A DNA stretch of 64,000 bases from positions 1,550,001 through 1,614,000 of the forward strand of contig CATNEN010000011.1 in the NCBI GenBank assembly GCA_950097015.1, given 5' to 3'. Positions within the stretch are counted from its first letter, which is position 1; each line of letters starts with the position of its first letter. A model generated the notes under the pieces. It made no database searches. It worked only from the letters and a program-made list of their open reading frames with translations, and was not told the DNA's origin. Both the position numbers and the translations under genes were made by a program. Positions 60,131 to 64,000 of this stretch are shown piece by piece. The stretch comes from Macrostomum hystrix (taxonomy: Eukaryota; Animalia; Platyhelminthes).

Positions 60131-61765
60131 GAGGACAGTAAAATAATTTGTTTTAACATATTGTAAAATTATTAGGCAATATATAATTGAAGTGCGACTT
60201 CCTATAGTGCTGTCTAATGGAACTTTTTTACATAATTAACTTAATCTAACTATGTGTAGAAAGGTATAATACAATTGGGCCATGTGCCTAGCCAGTGGCA
60301 ATGCCATTTTATGGATACAAACTAATATGGACTAGGAAGGCAAACAATAGCCACTAACTTTGCTATTATAGCTGATAACAGTACCCATTTAACTAATGGG
60401 TCAATCAGAGTATTATTGAATTCAGTGGATTGTTAAAATAGAAATTTTCCTTTCGGTTTGGGTCTGAACTTGATATTTCAGATGTTTCCAAAGCAGAGCT
60501 CTAATAACTATTTGTTGTGGTTTGTTGATAAGGAAGTTAAGAAAGAAGATTGTCTAAGATAAAACTATTTTTCTTTTTAAAAAGATCTCCCATATTCTTG
60601 TATATTTTTATAAGTATAGCAATGCTATATTTATTGACAGAAAATATATTGAGCTAATTCTGGCTTTAGTCATTAGCTACCAGCTAACTATTTTTTCAAA
60701 GGAAAAAGCCACTATAGATTATCTATTAGAAATTATCAGTTCTTAAATGCCCTATGTTTCAAAAAAGTAAAAATATAGGTTAGTTTTATGATGGCAAAAA
60801 GCCTAAACTTTTGATATTTTCTACAAACTATAATATATAAAAATTGAGCTCCATGCTCCAAATTTTGGCTCCAACAAAGCTAGCTAACAGCTAAATATTT
60901 TTCTTTGTGTTACCTAGTGAGCATTTTTGACCTCTGAAAGATGGCTAGCATAAAATTACTTTGCTATGTAGCTACAATTATACTTGACATTGCCAAATTT
61001 CATTTAGCTATATTTATTATATAAATTTAAATCATAATAGTTTATTATGAATATTATAAATGCTTTAAAAGTTATCCTATTTATATTTCGAATAATAACA
61101 TAATATCAACTAAATCCACAAAATAGCTAAATGAAACAAGATATCCAAAACAAATATATATACGAAACTACATAAAAACATAGCTTTTTAGAGGATGTTT
61201 GATTCAATCACCTATTTTCATAGTTTTAGATCAGTTTCTGGACATAGTTTATAGATTTTTATAAACATAATGAACCAGGAAGCGATTTGCTACCATAACA
61301 ACATTACAATTTAATTGTTATTAAGAGACTAGAAACCTTAATCTTACAAAAATACAAAAGCAAATTATTTTTAAAACATAAATAAATACTTTTTTAGTAG
61401 GATAGTTACAGAATAGAAATATAACTCAATAGCAGTATGACTGTCCTAATACAATTTATTTTTCGTGTGTATTGGTCACATTTAAAATACTAACACGGTT
61501 TCTTGTTTCCGCGACTGATTGTTCTATCATATTAAAGTAAAAAAAGACCTTATAAGAAAGTAACTGTTTTCCCAGAGTTTAATTTCTGTAAAGTACTAGA
61601 ACTAGTCTTTTAAAGCTAAATTTGTTTTTACTTTGGTATAATGAACCTAATGCCTTATGTTAGTCATATTTTAAAAGTAATTTATTTCTTTGAAAACTGG
61701 GTAATTTACTTCAGTGCTACTTTTTGCAAACTGCTCCCACTCATTAGTCAGTTCTCCATAAAATT
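60131..61765. promoter_or_regulatory. Intergenic region between divergent PiC and ERK genes (candidate bidirectional promoter)
   Basis: Head-to-head arrangement, 1.65 kb between ATGs, AT-rich, repeat-free; TSSs not identifiable from sequence. Confidence 0.45.
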
Positions 61766-63386
<1,621 letters not shown>

Positions 63387-64000
63387 GTGAGACTGTACTT
63401 GTTGAATTAAAGTTTCAGTTTTTTTCTACTCTTGACTTGAGTTGAGTATGGAAATACCTGGATTGTGTCTATTTCACTGCAGTGTGTATTTTAGTAAAGG
63501 CTTATTATATTTATCGGGATTATCGTTATACTATTCCCTGGCCCACACATTCGCTAGCCTTTCTACAGAGATCTAGAAAATCTCTTTTAGAAGAGGGAAA
63601 GCCTATTGCAGTCGGCTTACTCTCGTGTGGCCTCTTATCTAGTTATTTCTAGTGGGCCATTGCTGCCAACCTACCCCCCCTGCTCAGTACAGGACCCTGG
63701 ATATTCTCATTTCCTCCCCTCCTGTCTGTCTATTTTCTCCTATTTTATCTGTAGTCTGGCTGTTTCGCATTCCTTCACTAAGGCTCTAGTCTATTTCAGG
63801 AATTTCTGAGCGAGAGCATTTCGCTTTCACTTTTCTGTCCTACCGTTTTTCCCCTAACAAATGTGTGTATTTTTATTGCCACTGCCTGTCTGCCTGTCTG
63901 TCCGTGCCTTCCCTAAATTCTCTACTCCTGTTGGTTTTCCCTCTAATGCCTAATATAGAACTGTAGAAAGAAATGCATTATAATATAGTTTACAGTCATT

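Overview
Eukaryotic (metazoan) genomic DNA with intron-containing genes. Gene content, CAG/polyQ-rich coding and extremely dense intronic minisatellites are most consistent with a free-living flatworm such as Macrostomum lignano (inference, not verified). Left to right: (1) an apparently intact non-LTR retrotransposon (LOA/I-group-like; ORF1 plus APE-RT-RNase H ORF2 running off the left edge) lying antisense in an intron of CDK8; (2) the last exons of CDK8 (+); (3) a two-exon myosuppressin-receptor-like GPCR (-); (4) tRNA-derived SINEs, two hAT MITEs and an internally deleted maT-like Tc1/mariner element; (5) a two-coding-exon innexin with a 12-kb intron (-); (6) a complete five-exon clan-2 cytochrome P450 (-); (7) a mitochondrial phosphate carrier (-) head-to-head with an ERK1/2 MAPK (+, partial). 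About 30 tandem-repeat arrays (units 12-96 bp) cover roughly 26 kb (~40%) of the window, and most long ORFs in the supplied track are by-products of them. The strongest hidden signal is a nested double pseudoknot that fits an HDV-like self-cleaving ribozyme at the retrotransposon 5' end (minus strand 5671-5444). All helices were checked by hand and the predicted cleavage site coincides with the GC-to-AT boundary of the element. Also notable: hAT MITEs that carry minisatellite arrays, and arrays built from a small shared motif vocabulary.
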